DNA of 64,000 bases from Dictyostelium discoideum (GCA_000004695.1 CM000150.2:3200001-3264000), one strand, 5' to 3'. Counted from the stretch's first letter, positions 26,604 to 43,351 are shown. Numbers and translations: made by a program. Notes: generated by a model from the letters alone, not told the origin.

Positions 26604-28519
26604 TTAATCAAAACCTAATTCTTTATGACGAATATATCTTAAGCATTGTACAAACATAATGACAGTTTCAGGAACACGACCTTCAACTAACCATTCACCA
26701 TTACCAATCTTTGAAACCAAAGAACCTCTTTGAGAAGACCATTTGAAGGATAATTTTGTATTTTGATTTAAGTACTCATTATTTGTTTGATCCCAAATAT
26801 ACTTTAAGAAAGGTTCATTTGAATTTGGATTATACCAAGCCAACCAAACACCATTCCATTTACCATGACCCAAGTTTCTAGTGGTATCGGATGCTGGCAT
26901 TAAGAATTGACCATTCCAATTGTATTTGATTTCTTTTGGTTTAATTGAAGTATCCAAGAAATCGGTATTAAATAAAGTTCCATCAGGACGATAAGTCCAT
27001 TCTTCGCCATGACTACTTCTAATAATACCACCAGCCATTGATTTTCTTTTATTCTCTCTATTATTTACAACACTATTACTACTACTACTAGTTGCACCAC
27101 CACCACTACCACTACCACCACCACCACCACTAGCAATACCAATAGTTTCTAATAAATTCTCTTTAATATATAAATTTATACAAGATTGATTTGTATCAAA
27201 ATTCTTTCTTGGTAAACCATCAATTGCCAACATCCACAAAGCACTTTCCTTTTCATTTGAGCCTCTAAAAATAAACTTTTGACCACCAACAATCTTTACC
27301 ATCCAACAATGTTTATATTCATACTTTGTAACTGGTGTAATTGATATGATTGAGTTTAAAGAGATTTCTTTTTTTAATTTTTTCGATTTACTCGAATGAA
27401 TTGATAATTTCTCTGGTGATAAAGTTAACCATTGTTCTTTCCAAACCACCAATGGTCCTTTTTTACCTTTTTTAATTAACATACCAGATTTATAGAGATA
27501 ATCATCTTCCTCTGGTTTATAGATTTGTGTGATATTCTCAGCAGATGGCACCAAGAATAAAGAGTTTACAAGTTCAGATGGTATATCAACCTCTGGTACG
27601 ATACCAGTTTCAATGAATTGTCTAGTTGCACGAATAAATGATGCCAAAATCGATGCTCTCTTCTCGGTGATATTTGATTTCTTAATTTCAATTTCAATAC
27701 CCAATAGTTTCTTTGCAATAATTGAAATCGATTGAGCCACAATATCCATCTCTGTCAATGAATTGAAAACTTGATTATTTTTATTTACACCATGTACATT
27801 TTGTTGTTGATTTAAATTTGAATATGCATTTGAAAATAATGGTGATGATGTATTTGATAATGATGATAATGTTGGAGAATTTAATGTTGATATTGATGTA
27901 TTTGAATTTGAATTTGAATTTGAATTTACAATTTGTTGTTGTTGTTGTTGTAGTTGTTGATTTATTTGTACAGATGATGAAGTTAATGAAGATAATGAAG
28001 AAAATGATGGAGATGGTGAAAGTATACTATCAATATTATTAATATTCCTATTGATTGGTGTTGGTGATAATGGATTATTTGTAATGATTTTACTATCAGT
28101 TTCAGAACTTGAAATCGAATCCAATGGTGATAGAATCTTTGTAATGATTTTAGTATTGGTAATTAAATAACCAAATTCAGAATTGATAATATCACCACTC
28201 GATTGAGGATTAAGAATATCTGGTAATGATAATACTGATCTTTGATATTCGCCTAATCTACCCAAAATAAATTCAGCATTCTCTATAACTTGTTTACGAA
28301 TTTGTGACATTCTTTCATTTTGAATTGATTTTCTTGATTTAACTTTATTAGTTGTTGGTGATTGATTACCACCAGGTGATAATACCAATTTATTTAATAC
28401 TGGTGATAATGAAGTTGACGATGACGATGATGACTTTGTTGTTAAACTTGGACTTGATGGTGGTGAATTTAATAATACATTTGCATGTGATGGAGATGAT
28501 GGCTCATTCTCTTTGTCAC

Positions 28520-28552
<33 letters not shown>

Positions 28553-29060
28553 AGCAACCTTTTGTTAAATATTCAGAACCAGATAATGGTGCATAGATTT
28601 TCATAACTTCATCAATTTTCAATTGCATTGATGCACGCATTGATTTTCTATGAAGTGTATTATGTTTAGTTTTATCTTTACTATTGGGTGTGTTTGTAAT
28701 ACTATTACTACTGAAACTCAATTGGTTGTTGTTATTACTATTGTTATTACTAAAGTATTTATTATTATTATTATTGTTTAATGGTGATGACAATGGTGAG
28801 GAGATATAACTTTGATTCGATGGTACTGAGGAGTGAAGTGATAAAGCATTGGTTGTTGATTTACCACCCAAATCAAATTGAATACCTTTGGATTTTTCAG
28901 ATTTTCCACCAATTATTCCACTTCTTAATGTAGCGGATCTAAGTTTACTTAATGGACTACTACTCTCTTTGGCTCCATCTAAATTCTTTCTCTTTTTTAA
29001 TCCATCTCTTGATAATTTTGACATATCATTTTTATTATTTAGTGGTGAAGCTGTTGACAT
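26604..29060 (-). CDS. PH-domain protein with a long S/N/Q-rich N-terminal region and a Trp-rich C-terminal domain of unknown type.
   Basis: 818-aa ORF. The PH-like core is YLYKSGMLIKKGKKGPLVVWKEQWLTLSPEKLSIHSSKSKK...KHCWMVKIVGGQKFIFRGSNEKESALWMLAIDGL. The C-terminus EWTYRPDGTLFNTD...KYNWNGQFLMP...GKWNGVWLAWYNPNSNEPFLKYIWDQ...GEWLVEGRV carries regularly spaced aromatic residues. Confidence 0.7.
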
Positions 29061-29440
29061 TATAATTATTTTATTATTATTATTATTGTTATTATTATTA
29101 TTATTATTACTATTACTATTATTATTATTATTATTTATTTATTTATTTTTACTTCTTTTTATTTGGTTTTGTTAATTAAAACTAAAATTAATTTAATAAA
29201 ATAATAATAATAATAAATTAGTATTAATAAATTAAGTTATTTGAATTAAAAAAAATAAAAACAAAAATAATAATAATAATAATAATAATAATTAAAAAAT
29301 AAAAAAATATAAAAAAAAAATAAAAAATAAAAAATTTATAATAATAATAAATAATATATATTATTGGGTAAAATATTGTTTGATCATTTTAAAGTTATAA
29401 TATACTATAGTGGTATTGTGATTTTTTGTTTTTTATTATA

Positions 29441-29443
<3 letters not shown>

Positions 29444-29523
<80 letters not shown>
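29444..29523. repeat. (ATT)n microsatellite of about 26 units.
   Basis: Perfect att repeat in the intergenic region. Confidence 0.9.
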
Positions 29524-29524
<1 letters not shown>

Positions 29525-30290
29525 TTTATATTTTTAATTTTTTTTTTTTTTTTTTTTTTTTTTTGATTGTGTGAAAAGTTAAAGATAATATATTTTGTAG
29601 TATTAATTCTATGATTGGAGCATATCAATGCTATTGCTATTTGATATGTTTACTTTTTATCTATATAAATCTATTGATAACATTTTTTAATTTTATATTA
29701 TATTTTTTAATTTTATTTTTTATTATATTTTTTTATTATTATTATTATTATTTTATTATTATTATTACTTAATAACAATAGTTTTTTTTTTTTAATTATT
29801 GAAATAAAATAATTTACCATAAACCATATAATAAAATTTATTATTATTATTTTAAATTAATTATAGATAATAAAAAAAAAAAAAAAAAACAAATTGATTT
29901 TTTTTTTTTTTTTTTATTTTTTTTCCTCTTTTTTTTTTTTATAATTTTTTTAATTCAAATTTTGGCGCACTCCCTCACAATTGTTGAACGAAATAAAAAA
30001 AAAATTTCAAATAATTATTAAAAACACCAACAGTCTCAAACAAAGATATTTTTTTTTTTTTTTTTTTATTATTTCTATTTATATATTTTATATATTAAAG
30101 GAACTCAATCTATCAAAATTTAATATTAAAAAAATAAATAAAAAAATAAATAAAATAATAAATTAATTATTATTATAATTTTATTGTAAAGAAATATTTA
30201 CTATTTTTTTTTTTTTTTTTTTTTTTTTATATTTTATTTATTTATTTATTTTTTTTTTTTTATATTTTTATTATTTTTTTTTTTCGTCTA

Positions 30291-30650
30291 CAAAGAACCA
30301 ATTATTTAAAAAACCAATTGCAATAACTGTGCTTTCGTTTAACCCATTGTGTTTATTCTTCACTAATTTCATTAGTAATAGTTTTCAAATTTGAAAGTAT
30401 CAGATGATGTCAAGCTTTTTGATAAATTCTGGATAAAAAATATAAATAATGAAAAATGATTTTAATTAGTATATAATACACTATTACAAAATTTTAATTG
30501 ATAAATGTATAACATACAGCAATTAGTCCACTATCATTTCTAGCTATCTCTTGTAATTCATTGGTAAACTTGTTTTCTTTTGGATTTGCTGAACTAAGAA
30601 TTCTACCAAATCTAATTAAACTTGAAAATCTTTTCATTTCTTTTTATTTA
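30291..30650 (-). pseudogene. Decayed paralog (copy 1) of the small two-TM protein gene that is intact at 31860..32274.
   Basis: The copy shares the same two-exon layout and a conserved intron (GTATGT donor, ...tactaatt...cattatttatat...tatccag acceptor). Exon 1 reads MKRFSSLIRFGRILSSANPKENKFTNELQEIARNDSGLIAVC. Its first TM helix is lost and exon 2 is interrupted by stops, but it ends with the conserved ...VIAIGFLNNWFFV. Confidence 0.55.
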
Positions 30651-31044
30651 GTTTATTTTTTTTTTTATTTTTTTTTTTTAATTATTTGTTTAAAACTATT
30701 GTATTTTAAATTAATTGTTTTTTTTTTTTTTTTTTTTTATTTCTGATTGTGCTTTTATAGTTTAAAAACATATGTACTGACACTTTAGTAGGTGTCTGTC
30801 CCTAAAAATTTCTTATTCATAAATTATAATTTTCAGACTCAGATATTTTTTTTTTTAAAGTGTCAGTCTCCTTTTTTTTTTTTTTATTTTTTAAATATGG
30901 GTAATTAAGAGTGTCAGTATTAAAATAAATAAAAAAAGATCCAATTTAATATTAAATTCTATTTACAAAAAAAATTATTTTGTTTTTATTTTATTTTAAT
31001 TTATTTTTTTTTTTTAAATACGTTTCAAATAATTCCTAATAAAA

Positions 31045-31440
31045 TCCTGCACAAAGAACCAATTATTTAAAATACCAATTGCAACTAATGGACTTTGATT
31101 ATATGTATGACATGGATGTACTTTAGCTATTGAAAAAAATAAAAAGCCTTAAACTTTGAAGATATCGAATGTTGCAAACCCTCTCTCTATCAAAAACTAA
31201 ATAAAAAATAAAAAAATGAAAATGATTAGTAATTTATTAAATATAATATATAAATAAATATTTGATTGACATGTAAAACTTACAACAATTAATTCATCTC
31301 TTCCACTAGCTTTATATTGTAGTTTAAATTAATTGAGAAATAAATTTTGATCTCTTTGTTGGATTAGTAATAATAAAAATTGCACCAACGCCAATTAAAC
31401 CTATTATTGTTCTTGAATACATTTGCTTTTGTCACAAAAA
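31045..31440 (-). pseudogene. Decayed paralog (copy 2) of the small two-TM protein gene.
   Basis: Exon 1 reads MYSRTIIGLIGVGAIFIITNPTKRSKFISQLI*, a premature stop where copy 3 continues. The exon-2-like region reads SIAKVHPCHTYNQSPLVAIGILNNWFFVQ but is preceded by an in-frame stop. Confidence 0.5.
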
Positions 31441-31859
31441 TAATAAAAATAAATAAATAAATAAATAAATAAAAAATTTTAAACTTAAAATACCAAAAAC
31501 CAATTTTATTTTTTTATTTTTTTTTTTGATTTATTTTTTTTTTTTTTTTTTTTTTTGATATTTCCTTTTTTAAAAAATAATGCACTTCTAGGTTCCTTTT
31601 TTTCATATTAAATTTTAAATATTTGAAATTAATAGGGGGTTTATTTATAAAAATATAATAATAATTAAAATTTTTAAAAAAAACCCCTAAAAAATTTTTA
31701 TCTGGGGTATATATATAATTTAAATTATAATAAAAAAAAAAATAAAAAAAAAAATAATAAATAAATTTTAGTGTTAATAGAAAGTTTGTTTTATTTTATT
31801 TTATTTTATTTTATTTTATTTTATTTTATTTTATTTCAAGTACATATTTTAAAAATAAA

Positions 31860-32274
31860 CTAAACATTTAAACTTTTAATAAAGAACCAATTCTTTAAAA
31901 AACCAATTGCAACAACTGAATCTGTACTATGTGGTGGAGGATTTAAAAATGCTAATGAAAAAAAGATATGATCTTCAATTGTGAACAAATCTAATAATGC
32001 CATCCCTTTTGCTGCCCAACCCTGAATAATATATATATATATATATATAAATAATGAAAAAAAAAATGATTAAATTAGTAAATGTACACACCAAAATTAC
32101 AATATCACTTGTGCAACCATTGGTGGGGGTAAATGGTTTACATACTGCAATAAATCCACTCTCTTTTTTAGTTTTCTCTTGTAGTTGATTTGCAAATGTT
32201 TCCTTCTCTTTTGGATTTGTAGCAATAAAAATAGCACCAACTGCAATTAAACCTAAAATTTTACTTGAAAACAT
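31860..32274 (-). CDS. Small two-TM membrane protein of about 114 aa (intact copy 3 of a tandem triplet), join(31860..32021,32092..32274).
   Basis: The product is MFSSKILGLIAVGAIFIATNPKEKETFANQLQEKTKKESGFIAVCKPFTPTNGCTSDIVIL|GWAAKGMALLDLFTIEDHIFFSLAFLNPPPHSTDSVVAIGFLKNWFFIKSLNV*. The 71-nt intron has a GTGTGT donor, a tactaat branch-like motif and an attattcag acceptor. Its position is conserved in all three copies. Confidence 0.55.
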
Positions 32275-32491
32275 TTCTTCTTTATTTAATTATTTTTTAC
32301 AATAACTATTTTTCTATTTTTCTTTTTTTTTTAAAATGGTGATTTTATTTTATAATCCTAAAATTTCTTTTTATTTTTAAATTGTGTTTCCACAGGTGTC
32401 TTAGTTATAGATTTTGAAAAAAAAAAAAAGAAAAAAAAAAATAAAAAAAATAAAAAATTTTAAAATTCCACAGGTGTCACTCTTATTTGTG

Positions 32492-32529
<38 letters not shown>

Positions 32530-33163
32530 TGATATTTATTTATTTTTTGAAATAATATTAAAAGATTGCTCTTTTTTTTTATTTTATTTTATTTTTTTTT
32601 TTTAAAAAATACAAAAAAGGAAATTAAAAATTGTTTATTATTTTTTTTTTTTTTTTATCGAGCCTTTTGGCTTGAAATCTCAGCATTTTTTGTCATCAAA
32701 TTCTAAAAATACTTGGCCCTCAAAAAAATTAAAAAAATACAAAAATAAAAAAAAAATAGAAATAAAAAAATAAAAAATTCTTTAAAGAATTTTTTTTTTT
32801 TTTTTTTTTATAAAAATAATAATAATAATAATAATAATAATATATAAATAATAAAAATATTTATAAAAATAATAATAATTTTTTTTATAAAGAGTTTTTT
32901 CTTCTTTATTAAAAATTAATTTTTTTTATTTTTTTTATTTTTTTTGTTTTTTTTGTAAAAACCTAACACGTTTATTGGATAAAAACAGTTTGTAAAAACT
33001 TGGGTTGCTAGGAAAAAAATTCCTTTTTTTTTTTTTTTTTTTTTTTTTTTTCGTAAAAAGCCTTGACCAAATTTTTTTTTTTTTTTTAACTTAAAAAATT
33101 TAAAACTGATCAAAATATCAAACTAACTCTATAACTTCTCTTTTTATAAAACAAATAATATAA

Positions 33164-35474
<2,311 letters not shown>

Positions 35475-35589
35475 ATAAAAAAAAAATAAAAATAAAAATA
35501 AAAAAAAAAAAATCTAGAAAAAAAAATCTAAAAAAAAATAAACCATTGTTTTGAATTAATTTTATTTTTTAATTTTAATTTTAATTCTA

Positions 35590-35830
35590 TTTTTTTTTTA
35601 AAAACGAGTTCCGTTTGGATATGATTATAATTATTAAAACAATTCCAACAATCTTAAAAATAAATAATAATAATACTTATTTTTAAAATTAAATAGATGA
35701 ACCAATTTAATTAAGAAGAAAAAGAAAAAGAAGAAGAAGAAGAAAAGGAAGAAAAGGAAGAAGAAAATGAAAATGAAAAACCAAAATTCTTGTTAAAAAA
35801 AATAATAAAAAAATGTTGAAAATCGTTTTT
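35590..35830 (+). repeat. Short degenerate fragment of the F-box unit between units 1 and 2, covering the exon-2 end, the intron and the exon-3 start with a (GAA)n expansion.
   Basis: cgagttccgtttggatatgattataatt matches agagttccctttggatatgattacaatc. aataatacttatttttaaaattaaatagatga matches the intron-3 acceptor region. This is followed by (gaa)n and aatgaaaatgaaaaaccaaaattc. Confidence 0.6.
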
Positions 35831-35919
35831 TTTTTTTTTTAAAAATTCCTTTTTTTTTTTTTTTTTTAAAAAATAATCTAACCCTAAAACCTCACTTTTT
35901 GTAAAGCAAATAATAAAAA

Positions 35920-36127
35920 ATGGAGTTTTCAACCAATTCAATAATTATTTTTAATATTATAAAATATTTAGATGTTGATGATATTTTTTCCTGTGAATTA
36001 GTAAATAAATCTTGGTTAAAAGTTTCAAATAAAAATAAACTTTGGGAAATTTTATTTTTAAAAAATATTTTTAATATTGATGATTATTTTAATGAATCTA
36101 CAATTTTTTCAAAAGGTTTATTAATTA

Positions 36128-36212
<85 letters not shown>

Positions 36213-38114
36213 AAATAATAATAAAAATAATAATAATAATGAAAATAATAATGAAAACAATAATATTAAAAAAAAGACCATTGGATAACGAAACAATTTT
36301 AGAAAGTTTATCACCTAAAATATTAAAATGTGATAATAATAATAATAAAATAAATAATAATAAAAGTGTTGATTGTATTAAAATTAGAGATTTATATAAA
36401 ATTAGTTTTCCACATCATTATAATAGATTATCAAATTTTAATAAATTAAAAAATAAAGGAATAATTTCAGATGATGGTGTTTGGAATAGTGAAAATCTTA
36501 GCCAAAATTTTAAACACACAACTTCAGCATTTAGTATTTTATCATCTTTAAAAAGTGATTCGTATTCAATTAAAAATGATTCAAAAGTAATTTTATTATC
36601 ATTTTATAGTGATACTGGTTACGATGAGAGTTATTGTTATAAATATGATACATTTCAATATTTAATTTGTATTCCAAATAAAATTGAATCAATTAATGGT
36701 GAAATAAATTTAGAATATTCAAGATTTATCAAAGCATCATTTAAAATCTCTTCAAAATATGATTATTATGAACAGTAAGTATATTAATTTATTATTTTTT
36801 TTTATTTTTTTAAAATTCATACATGTTTTTTTTTTCGATTCTAACATATTATTTATTTTTTATTTTTAGTTTTGAAAATGATGATTCTGGATATGATGGT
36901 GTTTTATTAAAAGATGAATCATATTATGATTTTGAATTATTCGATATTAACGAACCAACATTTGATGATGATGATGATGATGATGGTGATGATGGTGGTA
37001 ATAAAAAACTATCATTTAAAAATTATGATCCAGAATCAATCGAATCAGAAGCTGGAATTTCAGTATTTGAATTATGGTTTGGTAAATTTAATGAAAGTAA
37101 TCAAGAAGAGGTTGAATATGTTAAAGAGAGTTATGTTAAAGGTTTAGTTGAATTTTCAAGAAATTCATTATCATTTTCATCATATTATTATCAAAATAAA
37201 TTTTTCCAACTCACTGGTTTTAATAGAGAAGAACGAACGGATAAAAGAGTTCCCTTTGGATATGATTACAATCATTTATTTTCATCAGTATATCCAATTA
37301 AACAAAATTATAAATTATTCAATGATAGTGTTGAAAATAATCAAAAATTTAAATTAACTGATATTTCAAAAACACCAAAAGATGTTAAAACACTTTTACA
37401 AAATATCATATGGAAAAATAGTATTTTTTTTTTAACTGAATATTATGTAAGTTTTAATAAATAATAGTAATAAAATAATAATGATAAATAATACTTACTT
37501 TTTTAATACTAAATAAATAGATTAAAAAATTTAATAAAGAAGAAGAAGAAGAAGAAAATGAAAAACCATATTTTGGCAAAGGGTTGGGTCAATTTGTAAG
37601 GGAATCAATAATTTTAGAAAATGAATTATCATTTTCAGAAGATTATTATTCAGCTGGAATGATTTCTTCATATGATTTTAAATTCTTAATTCCATATGAT
37701 GACAATAATAATTTAATTATTAATCTAAAATATTATGATAGTAGTTTTAAAGAAGAAATTAATTTCACTGTTGAAGATAAATTAGTTAATTCTAATAATG
37801 GATGTTGTATTTCAGAAAGATATGGTTTTAATAATTTATATTCATATGAATTACAGGAAGAAAGAGAAAAAATTCGATATGATAAAAAATTAATTTCTGA
37901 TGGAATTGATTTGAAAAGTTTATCATTCTCTCAATTTATCTCACTATTACTTAAAAAGAAATATCCAAATATTTATTTTAAACTTTCAGATGTTTTTGCG
38001 GTTTCAGGTTTTGATTGTTTAATTGATTTTACTGATGACGAAAATAAAAGTTTAAAACCAAAAATTGATAAAGTCGCAAATTTTAATTGTTTAGCTAAGA
38101 TTTCAAATGAATAA
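35920..38114 (+). CDS. F-box protein gene, tandem unit 2, exons 35920..36774, 36870..37446, 37521..38114. Exon 1 is frameshifted by one extra A in an A8 run near 36270. Exons 2 and 3 are intact and mutually in frame.
   Basis: The F-box motif is IIKYLDVDDIFSCELVNKSWLKVSNKNKLWEILFL. The sequence aatattaaaaaaaagaccattggataacg here contrasts with unit 1 aatattaaaaaaagaccattggaaaatg, producing the stop (…NIKKKTIG*). The downstream frame 36209..36778 resumes the unit-1 sequence. Exon 2 is FENDDSGYDGV...TEYY (GTAAGT donor, phase 0). Exon 3 is IKKFNKEEEEEENEKPYFGKGLGQFVRES...KISNE*. Confidence 0.55.
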
Positions 38115-38189
38115 ATAAATAAAATAAATAAAATAAAAAAATAAATAAAAAAAAAATAAAAATAAACCATTGTTTTTTTAATTAATTTT

Positions 38190-38226
<37 letters not shown>

Positions 38227-38249
38227 TTCTATTATCAAGAAAATCATTA

Positions 38250-38620
38250 TCCAATTAAAGAATTTAAAAATTATTCAATTATTTTGTTCATATGGAAAAA
38301 TAGTATTTCTTTATTCATCAATAAATTGTTTAAGTTTTAATAAATAATAAATAAATAAATAAAAATAATAATAATAAATAAATAGATGAACGAATTTAAC
38401 CATGAAGAAGATAATGAAAAATCAAATTTTGGTGAAGGGTTGGGTGATTTTTTTGTGAATCCATAATTTTAGAAAATAAATTATCATTTTCAGAAGATAT
38501 CCCTAGTGGTCTTGGTTATTTAATTGATTTTACTGATTAAGAAATTAAAACCAAATATTGAAAAAGTTGGAAGCTTAAAAGATTTATCATAAGAAAGTAT
38601 TATAAGAAATGAAAGATTTT
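38250..38620 (+). pseudogene. Highly degenerate third partial copy of the F-box unit, covering the exon-2 end and exon-3 start with a large internal deletion.
   Basis: ttcatatggaaaaatagtatttctttattcatc...taaataaatagatgaacgaatttaac...aaattttggtgaagggttgggtgatttttttgtgaatccataattttagaaaataaattatcattttcagaagatat|ccctagtggtcttggttatttaattgattttactgattaagaaattaaaaccaaatattg is followed by stops. Confidence 0.6.
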
Positions 38621-38692
38621 AAATAAATAAAAATTAAATAAATAAAAAAAAAAATAAAAAAAATAAAAAGATAAAAAAAAAAAAGTTTTTAC

Positions 38693-38731
<39 letters not shown>

Positions 38732-39823
38732 GTGCAAAAATTAAAATAATTAATTGATTATTAAAGAATTTTTTTTAAAAATTATAATATATATATTGAT
38801 ATTTCAAATATAGATTATTTAATTTTAATTTTTTTAAAGTTCAAAATTCAAATTTTAAAATTATATTTAATATCAATCTATGAGATAGTTTCAGATTAAA
38901 AGATTTTAAAAAAAAAAAAAATTATAAAAAAAATTATGTAAAAATTAAAAAAAAAAAATAATGAATATCGTATGTGGTAATGGCTTAAGAATTTAAGATA
39001 AAAATAAAAATGAAAAAAAATAAAAAAATAAAAATGTAAAATAATTATGGAAATTAAGATAAAAATAAAAATCAAAAAGACAGGTTAAATGTCATCATTG
39101 GATATTTCCAACGAATTTTTTTTTTTTCAATTTTTTATTTTTTTTTATTTTTTTTTTTTTTATTTTTTTTTTTTTTTCATTCATTTTTATTTTATTTTAT
39201 TTTTTTTCCATTCAAAAAAAAAAAACACATATATTTTGTATCTATTTATTTTTAATAAAAAAAAAGGTGAAAAAAGGTAAAAAGATTTTTTTATTTATTT
39301 TTATTTTATTTTTTATTTTATTTTTTATTTTATTTTTGTTTTTTTTTATTTAAAAAAAAAAATAAAAAAAAAAGATTTTGTTTTTTTTTTTATTTTTCAA
39401 TTTTAACACACATGCCTATACATATAAGAAGAAAATTAATCTATAAGAAGAAAATTAATCTATAAACTATTGAAGATAAATAAAATCTATTTGTGTGTGT
39501 TTTATTTTTGTATTACAACTTTTTTTTTTTTTTCATATAAAATATTGTCACTAACATCACATTTTAATCATTAAAATAAAAAATAAAATAATAATAATAA
39601 AAAACTATAAATTAAATTAATTTATTAAATTAATTTATAAATAAAAACAACAAACAAATTTTAAATTAATTTTATCATTTTTTAAAAATTCTAAAACTAA
39701 CACCTAAATCATCAATTATTAGTTATAGAAATTTTTCATTATAATAATAATAAATAATAACAATATCAATAATAATATAAATAGTAATAGGAAATATATT
39801 ATAGGTTTTTTTTTTATTGAAAA

Positions 39824-40771
39824 ATGATGGAAGATGAAACCAAAGATAGTTATTTAGTTAAATTATTCAATGAATTTGATACTCGTAGTACAGGTTATTT
39901 AGAATATGACCAATTAAAACAAACTGTTTGCAAAATTACTGGTAGATCTGATTTCACTGTAGGTACTTTTTAATATTTAGGTATTAACCTAAAAAAAAAA
40001 AAATTAAAATATCTAATTATTTTTCTTCTCTTTCTTTTTTTTTATTTTTTTTTATTTTTTATTTTTTTTTTATTTAAAAAGGATGAAGAATTATCAACAT
40101 TATTAAATAAATTTGATACAGATAAAGATGGTAGAATTAGTTTAGATGAATTTTTAAATGGATGCAATAGTAATTCAATTGTTGATGAAGAAGATATTCA
40201 AACCTATATTTCAACGAGTAATAATAATAGTAGTTATAAATCATCAAATTTGAATAATTTATCAACTATTTCAACACCAGTTTTAAATGGTAATGGTAGT
40301 AATGGTATTCATCATAGTCATCTCGATGATGATGATGATGATAATAATAATGACGAAATAGAAGAGAATTCAATGATGAATGAAATTGGTGATTTAAGTA
40401 ATGATCAAGAGAAACATTTGAAATTTATTTTCTCATTATTTGATAAGGATGGTGATGGGTTAGTATCAATTGAACAATTACGTAATATGTTGGAAGATAT
40501 TAAAGTGAAATCCATTCAAGATGGTAATGGTGATGAGTTTGATAATGATAATGATGATGACGATATCGATTATATCATTAATACATTGTCAGCTGATGGT
40601 AGTAAAACAATTTCATTTGAAAACTTTATGAAAGCAATTGAACACATTAATTCACCAACACAATCAGTAATCACTGGTGGTTCACCAATGCATAATGATA
40701 CAACAGTTTTTGATGGTCCACATTCTGATAATGAATTAGAAGATGCTGATAATAATAATATAGATAATAAC

Positions 40772-40811
<40 letters not shown>

Positions 40812-43313
40812 GTAGACCAGATAGCCCAATAGTAACATCACCAGATAAAAAATCAACTAGAAATAGAGGTAGAACTAGTTCATGGGTAGCACCAGTTGCA
40901 ATTGTAAATATGATAAAGAGAAGAACAGATTTATATAGTAAAGATCAAATTCAAGTGTTTGATAGTAATGATAATTTAGCGGATAAATATAAAAAGGAAG
41001 CAGCATTGTTACGTACTGAAAAGGAGCATTTAGGTTCAAAGTTACATTTATTCGAAGGTCAATTAAAAGAGGCAAGAGAAAGTCAAGAGAAGTTATCCGA
41101 AGATAATGCTCAATTGAAGGAGTCCATTACCATTGGTAAGAAAACTTTAATTGAAAATCAAAAACTATCAAATCATAATAAGAAATTACAAGAACATATC
41201 GAAGATCTAAAGAAACAACTATTGGAATACGAAGATCAAAAAACTGAATTGGTTAAAACTCAAAATAGAATTAAATTGGATAAACAACAAATCTATCAGG
41301 AATTACAACAAAAAGAAAAAGATTTAAAAGAAAAGGAAGAATCAATTAAAGAATTACAACAACAGCATCATCAACAATTAACTCATTCAAGTAATGCTAT
41401 TTTACAATCTTCAATTAATAATAATAATGATTCAAATAATAATAATGTTAATGGTGTAACTACTGTTGGTGGTGCTGGTGAAAATGTAAATAATCAAAAT
41501 GGTGTAAATAGTACAAGTGGTGTAAATATTGAAATCGATGTAAATAGTGGTAGTAGTGGTAGTGGTAACAGTAATGGTAATGGTATTAATAAAATACAGG
41601 ATAGTCATGATTTAAGATCAGTATTAATATTGGAGAATGAAAAAGCTCAAGAAACTATTAAATTTTTAACAGAGGAATTAAAGAGATATCAAATTAAGAG
41701 TAAAGGTGATAGAGATTTAATTCAAAAATTAAAAATTAATTTAGAAGAAGCACAAAGTAATACAGTTTCAAATTCTGATCCAAATCTTAGATTATCTTTA
41801 TTATCAGAATTAGAACATCAAGTTGAAGCAAGATTAGGTAGTACTCCATTGAATTCAAGTTTTATGGAACAATTTATTGACCAACAACAACAACAACAAT
41901 CACCTTTATCACAACGTTCAATTTTAAAGAAATCAACCTCAAAAACTTCATCATTAGATGATGATGGTGATTTAATTTTAAATGATAATAATGATGATGA
42001 TGATGATAATAATAATAATGAAGATAGTGATGATAATAGTAATAATAATATTAAAAAAGATAATGAAATAAAACAATTAAAATCAACATTAGAAATAGAA
42101 ATTAAATTAAAACAAGGATTAATTGAATTGGTTGAGCAAAGTAAGAATGATAATCAAAAATTGGAACAAATGACATCATCATTAAAACAATTGAATTTAG
42201 AGCTAACTGATAAACATCAACAACAAACATCACAACTTTCAAAGATGGTAGAGGATTTACAATCACAAAAGGAACAATTGAATCAACAAGTTGTTGTCTT
42301 ACAACAATCCAATCAAGTAAACAATCAAGAGTTATTGAAAACAATCGATCAATTACAACAATCAATCAATGATAAACAAAAACAATATGATCAAACCATT
42401 ACAGAGTTAACCAATCAATCAAATACTGAAAAATTACAATTACAATCACAAATTCAATCACTTCAATCAAATATTGATCAATTAAATCAATTAAAAAAAG
42501 AACAACAATTACAAAAAGATGAATTATTATTAAAACAACAAAAACTTGAACAACAAATTGAAAAATATGAACAACAACAACCACCACCACCAAATCAAGA
42601 TGAAGAAATTCAACAATTAAAACAAACCATTGAATCAAATGAAGATGAAAATGAAAAACTTTTAAAGAAAATTGAACAATTAGAATTTGAAAATCAAAAG
42701 ATGTTATCACAACAACAAATCTTTGCAAAATCAATTGAAACCCCTTCCAATCTATCAGATCCAATTAATATTAAAGCTGGTCAAACTCAAAATGAATTAT
42801 CATCACTTAAACAAAGATTAGAGGAATTGGCTGCAAAGAATAATAATTTACTTTCAGAGAATACTCAATTAAAGAATTCTTTAACACCAGTTGATTCACC
42901 ATCAACTTCACAAAGAGAAATACCAACTACAAATGACATCAATGATTATAATTTGGTTAAATCAACATCAGCAACATCAATTGAAAATCTTCAAAATGAA
43001 ATTTCATCATTAAATACTTTAAATCAACAATTACAAAATGATTTAAAGAAATATGAATCAAAGGCACAATCACATCAACAACAACAATTACAACATACAA
43101 ATAGTACCATTAATTTGATCGATGATTTAAAGAAAGCAAATGAAATTTCAAATGAAAAATTTAGAACTTTAGAATATGAAAATTTAATGGTCAAAGAAGA
43201 TAATAAAGATTTACAAAATAAGAATCAATTATTACAAGATAAAATTGATTCAATGAAAGTTGAATTTGAAAATAATTTAAATCAAGTTCAAATTAATGAA
43301 AAGGTAAGCAATT

Positions 43314-43351
<38 letters not shown>

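Noticed and set aside
35711-35941. 76-aa minus-strand ORF (…FSFSSSFSSFSS).
   Set aside because: It is the reverse complement of the (GAA)n expansion in the degenerate F-box unit fragment, not a gene.
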